Of a stretch of 48,167 nucleotides of DNA, positions 28,551 to 36,721 are shown in pieces (within the stretch, counting starts at the first letter, position 1; the number at the start of each line of letters is the position of its first letter). Source of the DNA: Nitrospinota bacterium. Its GTDB lineage: Bacteria > UBA8248. Under the pieces are notes generated by a model, which saw only the letters and a list, made by a program, of their open reading frames with translations, had not been told where the DNA came from and did no database searches. The stretch covers positions 1-48,167 of the forward strand of contig JAPPHK010000240.1 of the NCBI GenBank assembly GCA_028820795.1. Direction: 5' to 3'. The position numbers were made by a program, and so were the translations under genes.

Positions 28551-29222
28551 TTATTCCCATGTGAGCATCGCGGCGTACCCGTCTCTTGGTACATTCGAAT
28601 GAATTGGCAAGCCTTTGACCCGCTTAAATTCCTGGATGGTGATCAGGTGCACATTCGCTTCCCACAATATGTGGCGAAACGTGCACTCGAGCGTCTGGTA
28701 ATAGAGAAGAGGATCGTTCTCGTCTTTACGAAAACCCCTCTCGTGCGCAGGGAGAACGAGATTTTGAAAATAATCAATCACCCGCTCACCGTTCGCCCAT
28801 TTTCTATCGGGAGAATACCTCCGGGGCAATTCCTTTTCTCTCAGCGTGGCAAGCGTTTCTTTCGATAGAACCTCCCGGCACAAAGCGCATGCATCATCAA
28901 GCGCTGCCAGGACATCGGACATTCCAGGAAAGCGCGCCGGGTCCAACATTCTGTCCGCACCGCCGGTATCCGCCAGAGATTTATCCCGCGGCAAGGAACC
29001 CGGATACAAAACCGGGGGCCAAAATTCCAGAAAGAAAAGGTATGGAATCCATGCCGTATGGCTGATTTGTTCTTTGATGGACCAAGCTCCCCAACTCTTC
29101 TCTGGCAGCTTCCACTCCCATAATTCCTGCGGAAGCCCGTTCGTTTCTTCTCGAAACACATCCACCAAATTGCTATATTCTGGAAATACGTCCAGCCCCG
29201 GGGTAGAGAAATCTTCTGTCAT
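28551..29222 (-). CDS. DinB-like four-helix-bundle protein (tentative), paralog A
   Basis: His-containing helices are present (SIKEQISHTAW, LPAHERG, FRHILWEANVHLITIQ). It is clearly related to the 30775-31458 product: ...RH(I/V)LW...(H)L..I..., with a C-terminal G-Y-(A/T)-(A/T). Confidence 0.4.
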   Translation of the reverse strand: MTEDFSTPGLDVFPEYSNLVDVFREETNGLPQELWEWKLPEKSWGAWSIKEQISHTAWIPYLFFLEFWPPVLYPGSLPRDKSLADTGGADRMLDPARFPGMSDVLAALDDACALCREVLSKETLATLREKELPRRYSPDRKWANGERVIDYFQNLVLPAHERGFRKDENDPLLYYQTLECTFRHILWEANVHLITIQEFKRVKGLPIHSNVPRDGYAAMLTWE

Positions 29223-29239
29223 AATGTTTCCTCAACACA

Positions 29240-30139
29240 TCAAATGTCGTCCATTTTCATCGGCAAACGTTCCGCATACACCGTTGCCGCCTGCTGGGGT
29301 GACAAGTCCTTGTCCATCGTCTCTACGGTTTGCTCCGCCAAAGGCGTTGTTGCCAGATGGGAATAAACGGCCACGGCTCCTTCGTGGAACTTCGGTGTAA
29401 CGCCGGCGGCTTCAAAGGTCTGTGCAATCTGTTTCATTTCGTCGATATACCGCCATGCCACAACCGGGAGTCGGGGGGCGCTTGCGATTATCTGTTTATA
29501 AGAGGCCTCCTGGCTTGCTCGAAACTCATGACTTACTTCCTCGGCGAGACCAAGCGCTTCGGCCAGAGTGATAACGGCCGTTTGAAGAGCATGGGTTCCT
29601 TTCGTAAGAGCGGCATAACACATCTTGATCCCGGAAGCCCGGCCAATCTCCGGCCCAAGCTGGCGAACCACGATCCCCCTCCCATCCAATGCCGCTAGCA
29701 GCTCCGCCCGCTCGCCGCTGAAGTAAAACCTGGTGTTGTTCCGTGTCTCACTGGGTGGTGGGCCCAATATCCCTCCGTCAATGAAATCCGCTCCGGCATC
29801 AGAAATTCTTCTTGCGATAGCTTTTGCCGTTTCCGGCGACACGGCGTTGCAGTCCGCATACGGGGGGCAGAAACCGGAAGCTGACATGGTTTCCGCCACT
29901 TCGTCCGCCGCCTGAGCGGCCAAACCAGGAGGCACGATGGATAAGACAATATCCGCACGTCCCAGCATTTCGGCCATTTTCGGGAAATCCCGGATACCCC
30001 CTTCGGCGGCCAGGCGCTTCGTCCGCTCACTTCTGTTCGCGAGACACGTTATCACCTCAAACCCGTGCAATCTGAGCATTCGCCCCACTGCATGTCCCAT
30101 ATCTCCCGGGCTCATGATGGCAACGGTTGTAAGTGTCAT
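29240..30139 (-). CDS. NAD(P)-dependent oxidoreductase (6-phosphogluconate-dehydrogenase-type NAD-binding domain)
   Basis: An N-terminal dinucleotide fold VAIMSPGDMGHAVGRML is present in a 299-aa protein. The layout resembles 3-hydroxyisobutyrate-dehydrogenase-like proteins. Confidence 0.6.
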   Translation of the reverse strand: MTLTTVAIMSPGDMGHAVGRMLRLHGFEVITCLANRSERTKRLAAEGGIRDFPKMAEMLGRADIVLSIVPPGLAAQAADEVAETMSASGFCPPYADCNAVSPETAKAIARRISDAGADFIDGGILGPPPSETRNNTRFYFSGERAELLAALDGRGIVVRQLGPEIGRASGIKMCYAALTKGTHALQTAVITLAEALGLAEEVSHEFRASQEASYKQIIASAPRLPVVAWRYIDEMKQIAQTFEAAGVTPKFHEGAVAVYSHLATTPLAEQTVETMDKDLSPQQAATVYAERLPMKMDDI

Positions 30140-30271
30140 GCGAGCACCTCCTCTTGCCCGAATTTAGAAATAAACAATATATGCCGAGTCTAGCAGAAAT
30201 GGAGCTCTTCAGAGAAAAGGTGTTGACAGTTGATGAAACTAGCTTCAGGAGTTACGCACTTTCTGGACAGA

Positions 30272-30778
30272 TTATCTTTTCCAGGCACATTTTTTTTCTT
30301 TTGGAGAATACACCATCGAACCTGCAGGCTCGCTTGCTGTCGAATCTCTCGTCATGCGCAGCAGATTTACAGAGAAAATAGTGTTTGTTGCTCCCGCGAT
30401 CACAAGCATGTCGCTACCGAGCCGACAAACCAATTCTGCCCTTTGTCTTCTCTTCTTGTCGCTCACCTCGGCCCATGGCAACAGAATGTCAACAGACAAC
30501 CTCTTGGGGGCTGTCTCAGAAACGCGAACGTCCGCACGGCTGGTGTGCTTTGAAGCATCCAGATATCTCTTGAGAATTTGGCCTGCGTTCTTTGCGATGG
30601 TTTCTGGAGGCATGCCTCTCCATTTCCTTGCCTCCGCGACCAAAGTTGCTTTAATGCCCGTTTCGGAAAGAAATAACGGTTTCGAGAAGAACAAAAGCGC
30701 ACCCGCTACGGATGCAAATGAGATGAAGAAAAACCAAAAAAGGAAATTCTTTCGTGGTGAACCCGTGATTCTCATCAA
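30272..30778 (-). CDS. Hypothetical N-terminally membrane-anchored protein
   Basis: The 168-aa protein has one hydrophobic helix (FLFWFFFISFASVAGALLFF). Its start overlaps the upstream stop by 4 nt. I recognised no family. Confidence 0.4.
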   Translation of the reverse strand: MMRITGSPRKNFLFWFFFISFASVAGALLFFSKPLFLSETGIKATLVAEARKWRGMPPETIAKNAGQILKRYLDASKHTSRADVRVSETAPKRLSVDILLPWAEVSDKKRRQRAELVCRLGSDMLVIAGATNTIFSVNLLRMTRDSTASEPAGSMVYSPKEKKCAWKR

Positions 30779-31458
30779 TAGATTGGATAGGCGGTTGTGT
30801 AGCCGCCCACAGGAGCATCGGGATAGACGGGAGACAAACCTAAGGCTTCACGATGCAGCCTGATGGAGCGCAAATGAATCAAGTCATCCCAGAGTACGTG
30901 ACGTAGCGTCGCCAGGGGCGTAATTCGAAATCCATGCCCATGCTCCGGATCTATCGTAAATCCATCCGGGTGGCATTTCATACACCGGCTCCACAAATCA
31001 ACGGAGCGCTCCTCGCTCACACCTACGACCGATGAATCCGTAAAAACAAACAAGAGCGACTTATTCGCCGAATCCTCGTTCGCCAGCTTTTCTACTTGGT
31101 TCGCCGCTGCTTCACAAGCTTCGGAAAAACGTAAATGCAGCCACTCGATATCCCCATACCGCTTAGAGGAAAAACGCCGGTCGTCATCCCGCGTATTGAT
31201 GAACGTAGCGAACTGGCTCATATCCACAACCGGCCAAGGCAGGCCAGTGGCGCCGTAGAGAACCATGAACCACCGTGTCGTGATGTAGGCCATATGGCTG
31301 AGCTGCCTTCTTGGGGACCAGCGCGCCCATTCTTCCATCCCCGTTCTATCCAATTGCTCCTCGGATAAATCGATGAGTTCGCCCATACTCCATGCAGGTA
31401 TTTGCCGGTAGACATGGGCGATTTCACTTGGTGTAAGCGGATATAAAGATTCGCTCAT
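30775..31458 (-). CDS. DinB-like four-helix-bundle protein (tentative), paralog B
   Basis: The 227-aa protein has QLSHMAYI and LRHVLWDDLIHLRSIRL, parallel to paralog A. Its start overlaps the HAD gene's stop by 4 nt. Confidence 0.4.
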   Translation of the reverse strand: MSESLYPLTPSEIAHVYRQIPAWSMGELIDLSEEQLDRTGMEEWARWSPRRQLSHMAYITTRWFMVLYGATGLPWPVVDMSQFATFINTRDDDRRFSSKRYGDIEWLHLRFSEACEAAANQVEKLANEDSANKSLLFVFTDSSVVGVSEERSVDLWSRCMKCHPDGFTIDPEHGHGFRITPLATLRHVLWDDLIHLRSIRLHREALGLSPVYPDAPVGGYTTAYPIY

Positions 31459-32165
31459 GCCCTGACGCCCCCGTCCAGGAGTTCACAAACCGCTTGTTTG
31501 TTCTCCAGGGTAGCGAAAAGAAAATCCGGCGAAGCACTCGCCAACTCGTAAAGTGAATCCCCTCCTGTAGCCACAGCTATCGTGCTCGCGCCACATACGC
31601 GACCCGCAGAAACGTCGCGCCATGTATCACCAATCACCCAACGAGAAACGGAATCGCGCGGGAATATCTTTTCAATGATCGCCTCACCCCTTTGAAATCC
31701 TGCTTCCAGTAATTCCGCCCTGTCTCCAGAATCGGAGCCAAACCCTCCGAATGAAAAAAACTCGTTCAGCCCGCCACGCGAGAGTTTGATTCGCGCACCC
31801 GCTTCAATATTGCCCGTTCCCAGCCCCATGAACACGTCCGTTCGATTCTTCAACCGAGACAGCAAATCGGGAATTCCCGGCATCAGATGAAAATTTTTAG
31901 ATTCCCTAACCGTAGTCGGCAGGATTTCCACATATTTCTTCAAAAGGGCCTTTACCTCAGACTCGCTCCCGCGACGCTCAAGGTGAGAACGAAACATCTC
32001 TTGCACGATGAGTTCATCTGTTTTTCCATGCGGCCGAACATGGCGCATCGCGTTAGGTATCCCGTACATTCGCTTAAAAGCGATATTCAGGGCTGCTGCG
32101 CCCGCTCCTCCGCTTAAAAGCAAAGTACCATCCACATCGAACAGGATCAGGTGAATTGAATTCAA
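31455..32165 (-). CDS. HAD-superfamily hydrolase (phosphoglycolate-phosphatase-like)
   Basis: HAD motif I (LILFDVDGTL), then LGTGN and a late GDTWRD are present. The in-frame TTG at 32165 gives MNSIHLILFDVDGT. The longest ORF (to 32354) would overlap the divergent SDR gene, so the start is uncertain. Confidence 0.65.
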   Translation of the reverse strand: MNSIHLILFDVDGTLLLSGGAGAAALNIAFKRMYGIPNAMRHVRPHGKTDELIVQEMFRSHLERRGSESEVKALLKKYVEILPTTVRESKNFHLMPGIPDLLSRLKNRTDVFMGLGTGNIEAGARIKLSRGGLNEFFSFGGFGSDSGDRAELLEAGFQRGEAIIEKIFPRDSVSRWVIGDTWRDVSAGRVCGASTIAVATGGDSLYELASASPDFLFATLENKQAVCELLDGGVRA

Positions 32166-32278
32166 CGCTTTCTTTCCAATATGTAATCTTGGGTAAATCC
32201 GGGTGAGACAACTTCCCTGTATGGTATAACACGCTGTGGGAATGAACCAGCAATACATACAGAATAAGGAGATGAGAG

Positions 32279-32983
32279 TTGCCAGATCAGAAAATCGCCG
32301 TCGTAACGGGTGGCAACAAGGGCATCGGTTTTGGGATTTGCCGGGCGCTTTCAAGACAAGGGGCGAAAACCATCCTGACGGCGCGAGATGTCTCCAGGGG
32401 TGAAATCGCTAAAGAGCAGCTGAAAAAAAAAGGGCTGGAAGTAGTGTTCCATCCCTTGGATGTCACCGACCGGAACAGCATTGATTCTCTGGCCAGCTTT
32501 TTAACGAGAGAATTCGGACGACTAGATATCTTGATCAACAACGCGGCCATCAGGAAAGATGCCGGGATGATGGGACTGGACATATCCATCGATATCGTCC
32601 GCGATATGATGGAAACCAACCTCTACGGCCCGCTTATGATATGTCAGGCCTTGGCGCCCCTATTGAAAAAAAGTGCTGCGGGTAGAATCGTTAACGTCTC
32701 GAGCGGCATGGGCTCTCTCGCCAGCATGGGCGGAGGCTCTCCCGCATACAGAATCACGAAAACCGCTCTGAATGCGATGACGAAAGTTCTCGCGAGCGAA
32801 TTCCGGGGAACAGGAGTGTTGGTCAATTGTTGCCATCCAGGATGGGTGAGAACCGACATGGGCGGCCGCGGAGCCTCTAAATCCATAGATGAAGGAGCAG
32901 ATACGCCCGTATGGCTCGCTTTGCTGCCTAAAGATGGGCCTAACGGCGGGTATTTCCAGGACAGAAAACCCATGCCGTGGTAG
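32279..32983 (+). CDS. SDR family oxidoreductase (carbonyl-reductase-like)
   Basis: Motifs VTGGNKGIG, NNAA, YRITK and HPGWVRTDM are present. AAGGAG lies 7 nt upstream of the TTG start at 32279. Confidence 0.8.
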   Translation: MPDQKIAVVTGGNKGIGFGICRALSRQGAKTILTARDVSRGEIAKEQLKKKGLEVVFHPLDVTDRNSIDSLASFLTREFGRLDILINNAAIRKDAGMMGLDISIDIVRDMMETNLYGPLMICQALAPLLKKSAAGRIVNVSSGMGSLASMGGGSPAYRITKTALNAMTKVLASEFRGTGVLVNCCHPGWVRTDMGGRGASKSIDEGADTPVWLALLPKDGPNGGYFQDRKPMPW

Positions 32984-33097
32984 AGGACGTGTTTATTTCA
33001 TCACGTCGCCGGCGTGCTCAAGGCCGGCGTCCGGTGATTGCTTCGATAAAAATAGTATCAAGCGGCATTAACTATCGATTTCGTCGGCTTTTTAAAA

Positions 33098-33673
33098 TCA
33101 AGCCGATGTTTTTGCATAATCCCATCCCGTTACAAACAATTTCACTTCGCCGGTTGATTCCTCATATTTATAGCGAGTTAACTTGGCGAGATCGTCACCA
33201 TAGACATGAATGCCCACCACGGGTTCAGACGATGCACAACTAACCCGGTGCACGTCGTTGTCCATTGTACAGCACACGAAGACATCTCCGGGCCCGGCCA
33301 GGCGTTTCCCTTGTGGCGTGAGTTTTACGCGGGCGCCACTCTCGCGGGGACCCTCGCGCAAAAAACTCTCTTCATTCTCCATTCCACGGTAAATGCCTAT
33401 CACTCCCCAGGTGCCGTGATCATGAATCGGTGTGGTCTGCCCCACATCCCATATGCCGGCGCCAACAGAAAAGCTCTCGTCCGGTTCGACATGAACCCGG
33501 TTGAGCGTAAAACCTTCTTTTTTCACCAAGAGCTGATCGGCATTCAACAGGTTCGGCTCATCCAAAATCGGCTCGAGAGCCGTCACTACGCGAGAAGTTA
33601 CTTCTTCTTCGGTACCGCCAGTCTTTACAATTTCGCGAACTTGGTCGATAAAATCATTCATCTTTTTAGTCAT
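33098..33673 (-). CDS. Cysteine-dioxygenase-type cupin (thiol dioxygenase-like)
   Basis: The motif TPIHDHGTWGVIGIYRG plus a later DVHRV fits the 3-His cupin site of bacterial CDO/3-mercaptopropionate dioxygenase homologs. Confidence 0.6.
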   Translation of the reverse strand: MTKKMNDFIDQVREIVKTGGTEEEVTSRVVTALEPILDEPNLLNADQLLVKKEGFTLNRVHVEPDESFSVGAGIWDVGQTTPIHDHGTWGVIGIYRGMENEESFLREGPRESGARVKLTPQGKRLAGPGDVFVCCTMDNDVHRVSCASSEPVVGIHVYGDDLAKLTRYKYEESTGEVKLFVTGWDYAKTSA

Positions 33674-33722
33674 CTATGATCCCCCAAGTTTTTGGGATGC
33701 ATCCCAGCGAAATCCACACGTC

Positions 33723-34274
33723 CTAATTTTTGTGTTTCATTTCATGGAGCAAGAGCGCTATCTTCAGTGATACGCTACTGGCGAATCCGCCGAGCTCGCC
33801 CGAGCCCGCGATGACTCTATGTCATGGTATTATAAGTGGAACGGGATTTCTATGAAGCGCCTGGCCGACGGCGCGCGAAGCTTTCGGGTTTCCAATCTGA
33901 TTCGCCACCCAGCCGTAGGAGCGTGTCTCGCCATACGGAATTTTTTCCGTCTGCCTCAGCACCTTCCTCATAAAAGGCGTGAGAGGGGATAGGTCCGTCT
34001 TCAACTCAAAACTTTTTCGAGTGCCCTCTAGATACTCTTCAATCTCAATTGAAACTCGAAGACTCAATGACGTTGATTGTTCACTTGCATGATCAGCCAC
34101 GAGAGGTTTTTCCACCCCAGACAACATTCTGATTTCCGCTATACCCTCATCCGATACAAACACGGAGAATTCCGTACGCACCTTCTGGAGCCACTTGGCA
34201 ACATGATTTTCCAACGATTCCCCGTCTTTCTGGAACAACTCCCCCTGACGCCATTTATCCACCCGGCGCGCCAT
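33723..34274 (-). CDS. ogt: Methylated-DNA--protein-cysteine methyltransferase (Ogt/MGMT family) with in-frame TGA at the catalytic Cys codon; candidate selenoprotein, alternatively a fresh pseudogene
   Basis: The ORF-track product ends ...YGWVANQIGNPKASRAVGQALHRNPVPLIIP, then TGA (33822-33824). The same frame continues HRVIAGSGELGGFASSVSLKIALLLHEMKHKN to TAG (33723-33725). The family signature is (I/V)PCHRV. AAGGAG lies 8 nt upstream of ATG 34274. Confidence 0.6.
33787..33811 (-). promoter_or_regulatory. Candidate bacterial SECIS-like hairpin downstream of the ogt TGA
   Basis: On the coding strand there is a 7-bp stem (one G-U pair that exists only on this strand) with loop GGGC, spanning +14 to +31 after the TGA. 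It is extendable past a bulged G. I did not fold it computationally. Confidence 0.4.
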
Positions 34275-34297
34275 CTTAAATTCTCCTTTTCATACTG

Positions 34298-35494
34298 CTA
34301 AAACGCCGTGGCCACTCCTTTCACGTAGGCTTGCCCCGTTCGCAACCGCAAGATTTGATTCGTGCCGTCTGAATGCAAGAACGTACTGGCGTCGCGAAGG
34401 TATTTCTCCATGGGAGCATCGTGCATGATGCCCGCGCCGCCGAATACCTCCATGCCCAGACGCGCGCAATCAAAGGCGACTTCCGATGCGAAAACTTTGC
34501 ATTTCCATCCTTGCGTGAAATCATAGGGCTTTTGATGATCCACCGCCCAGGCGGTGCGCCAGATGTACGTGCGTGCAATGTCCAGATTCATTGCCATATC
34601 GGCGAGCATGGTTTCTATCGCCTGGTGCTGGCCGATGGGCTTGCCACCCTGGACTCGTTCACGGCTGTAGGCGAGCGCTTTTTCGAACGCGGCGCGTCCG
34701 ACACCTAGGGCCGTGGCGGCTGCTTCGGGTTTTCCCATCGCCAGGAGATTGCCCCTGATTTCGAACATGTTGCCTTCACCCAGAATCACATGGTTCTCGG
34801 GAATCTCGACATCTTCATAGAAAATTTCTGAATTCATCGAAAGACGCTGGCCAATTTTTTCATGTACTTCGCCTATCGATATGCCTGGAGTCTCTCTAGG
34901 CACCAGAAAGCCGGTTAAGCCTTCCCTCAAGTTTTTATTGAGGTCGGTTCTCGCCGCCAAAACATACAACGACGCAACAGGGCCGTTGCTGACATAGCGC
35001 TTCTTCCCATTGATGACCCATTTACCGCCTTCTTTCTCCGCGCGCGTATAAAGCGCAATGGAGGGATCGTCGTAATATCCCTGATGATCGGTTCCCGCTC
35101 CTTCTTCCGTCATGGAAATCGCAGCCAGGAATCTTGGTTCCTCACACAATCGTTTCATCCAGGGATCTCTGACTCCAGACTCTACTTTCTCGAAGATATG
35201 GGACAGCTTCCAAGTCTGATCCAGGTTCACCGCAAAACCAAGATCTCCCGCGGCAAGCTCTTCTCCCGCCAGACAGCACGAAAGCACATCTGCACCCATA
35301 CCACCATATTCTTTGGGATAAGGAAGTTGCCTTAAACCCAAAGCGCTCGCTTTTTCGGTCAGATCCCACGGCATCCGCTCTTCCCAGTCCTGAATCCGGT
35401 CTCTATCGGGAGCCACCGGAGCCAGTTCTTCATAGGAAAATTTTCTGGCTATTTCCTGAATCCGTATTTGCTCTTCATTCAACGTGAATTCCAT
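34298..35494 (-). CDS. Acyl-CoA dehydrogenase family protein
   Basis: The 398-aa protein has a typical ACAD layout (FTLNEEQ..., central beta domain, C-terminal ...FGGAGIMHDAPMEKYLRDA...EGTNQI). GGGAGGAG lies 5 nt upstream of ATG 35494. Confidence 0.85.
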   Translation of the reverse strand: MEFTLNEEQIRIQEIARKFSYEELAPVAPDRDRIQDWEERMPWDLTEKASALGLRQLPYPKEYGGMGADVLSCCLAGEELAAGDLGFAVNLDQTWKLSHIFEKVESGVRDPWMKRLCEEPRFLAAISMTEEGAGTDHQGYYDDPSIALYTRAEKEGGKWVINGKKRYVSNGPVASLYVLAARTDLNKNLREGLTGFLVPRETPGISIGEVHEKIGQRLSMNSEIFYEDVEIPENHVILGEGNMFEIRGNLLAMGKPEAAATALGVGRAAFEKALAYSRERVQGGKPIGQHQAIETMLADMAMNLDIARTYIWRTAWAVDHQKPYDFTQGWKCKVFASEVAFDCARLGMEVFGGAGIMHDAPMEKYLRDASTFLHSDGTNQILRLRTGQAYVKGVATAF

Positions 35495-35567
35495 GAACGC
35501 TCCTCCCGTCAATCACCCCTTGAAAGCGAGGCAAATAGTCAATCACTTTAAGGAAATCAAAAACGTA

Positions 35568-35951
35568 TCATGACGAACAAGACAATGCGCGATTAGCCGC
35601 ATCCATCTCCATGACGCCAGACGGCCTCTCAACGCCTTCGACGAAGGCAGCATCCGCACCGGCCATCTCAAGCTGAAAAACAACCTCGTTCAAGTCCGCG
35701 TTCGGAGATAGCAATATCCCTCGCCTCGCGGGCATACCCGTTTGAGCCACCTCGCCTACTTTCTGAAAAACTTCGGGAACACGAACAAACGCATCAAGGT
35801 CTTGTTTGTTTACGACGCCAATCAAACGCTTATTATCAAAAACCGCCGCCCAGGGCGCGTTTATCCTGTTCATGGCCGCCCAGGTTTCTCTAGCGTCTTC
35901 TTCCACTCCAACAATCGCTACCGCTTGCAAAAAACACTCCCTGACTTTCAT
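35568..35951 (-). CDS. CBS-pair domain protein
   Basis: The 127-aa protein has two CBS-like repeats (...AAVFDNKRLIGVVNKQDL... and ...AAFVEGVERPSGVMEMD...). Its start overlaps the upstream stop by 4 nt. Confidence 0.6.
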   Translation of the reverse strand: MKVRECFLQAVAIVGVEEDARETWAAMNRINAPWAAVFDNKRLIGVVNKQDLDAFVRVPEVFQKVGEVAQTGMPARRGILLSPNADLNEVVFQLEMAGADAAFVEGVERPSGVMEMDAANRALSCSS

Positions 35952-36649
35952 CGGTCGATGTTCTCGGCAACCGACAGATGACCAAAACGCGGCATCGCTT
36001 CAACTTTCAAAAACGTTGATTTCATCGATTTTATTTTCTCGAGCGGGTGTTGAGCAATTTCATTGGCCAGAGCCTTGGTTTCCCTCAACAAGTCTTTTTT
36101 CGATGTGACACGATTCACCAATCCTAAGCGATATCCCTCTCGCGCATCAAATCTTCTGCCAGTGAGCACTAAATCTTTCGCGGCTGGCACAAAAGTCTGT
36201 CGCGTCAGACGAACGGTAGCGTCTCCTCCTGGAAATACTCCCAACGCAGTCTCCGGATATCCCAAAACCGCGTCTCCCGCCGCAAGACGAATATCACATG
36301 AAAGCATCAACACCATTCCCCACCCGAAGGCGGGCCCGTTCACCGCCGCTATCGTCGGGATGGGCAGTTCACGAAGGGTTGTACTCCATCTCTCGCCCAA
36401 TAACATGAAGCGCTCTGCCTGTTCTTTCGTATGGGCAGCGCTTTCCTTGAGGTCGCGTCCTGACGAAAAAGAGCTTCCGGCGCCCGTCACGATAAGGACT
36501 TTAACGTCTTGCCTCCCTTTCATTTCATCCATCTTCTTGCACATGGCTTCCATCAATGGCGTGCTGAACGCATTTCGCAATTCCGGCCGATTCACGGTGA
36601 TACTCACGATTCCTGATTCTGCATGTATGATGAGGAGGTCTTTGTTCAT
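35948..36649 (-). CDS. Enoyl-CoA hydratase/isomerase (crotonase) family protein, copy 2
   Basis: Motifs ITVNRPELRNA, VTGAGSSFSSGRDLKE and AAVNGPAFGWGMVLMLSCDIRLA are present. ATG 36649 is preferred; the TTG at 36661 is the alternative. Confidence 0.8.
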   Translation of the reverse strand: MNKDLLIIHAESGIVSITVNRPELRNAFSTPLMEAMCKKMDEMKGRQDVKVLIVTGAGSSFSSGRDLKESAAHTKEQAERFMLLGERWSTTLRELPIPTIAAVNGPAFGWGMVLMLSCDIRLAAGDAVLGYPETALGVFPGGDATVRLTRQTFVPAAKDLVLTGRRFDAREGYRLGLVNRVTSKKDLLRETKALANEIAQHPLEKIKSMKSTFLKVEAMPRFGHLSVAENIDR

Positions 36650-36662
36650 ATTTCGCCACAAT

Positions 36663-36694
36663 GAACAAAAAGCCTGTCCCCTGAGGGACAGGCT
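36663..36694 (-). terminator. Strong hairpin plus T-tract between the two crotonase genes
   Basis: On the minus strand this reads AGCCTGTCCC-TCAG-GGGACAGGCT followed by TTTTGTTC: a perfect 10-bp stem. Confidence 0.65.
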
Positions 36695-36721
36695 TGATGT
36701 TCTATAAAATTGGCAACTTCT

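Noticed and set aside
33098-33125. Hairpin tcggctt-N9-aagccga at the convergent SDR/CDO gene ends, considered as a terminator.
   Set aside because: It lies inside the last codons of the CDO-like gene. The stem is short, and only the plus-strand orientation has a modest T-run. Too weak to call.
33694-33705. 12-nt perfect palindrome GGGATGCATCCC between the ogt stop and the CDO-like gene start.
   Set aside because: It is too short, with no loop to act as a terminator. It could be an operator, but a single short palindrome is within chance expectation.
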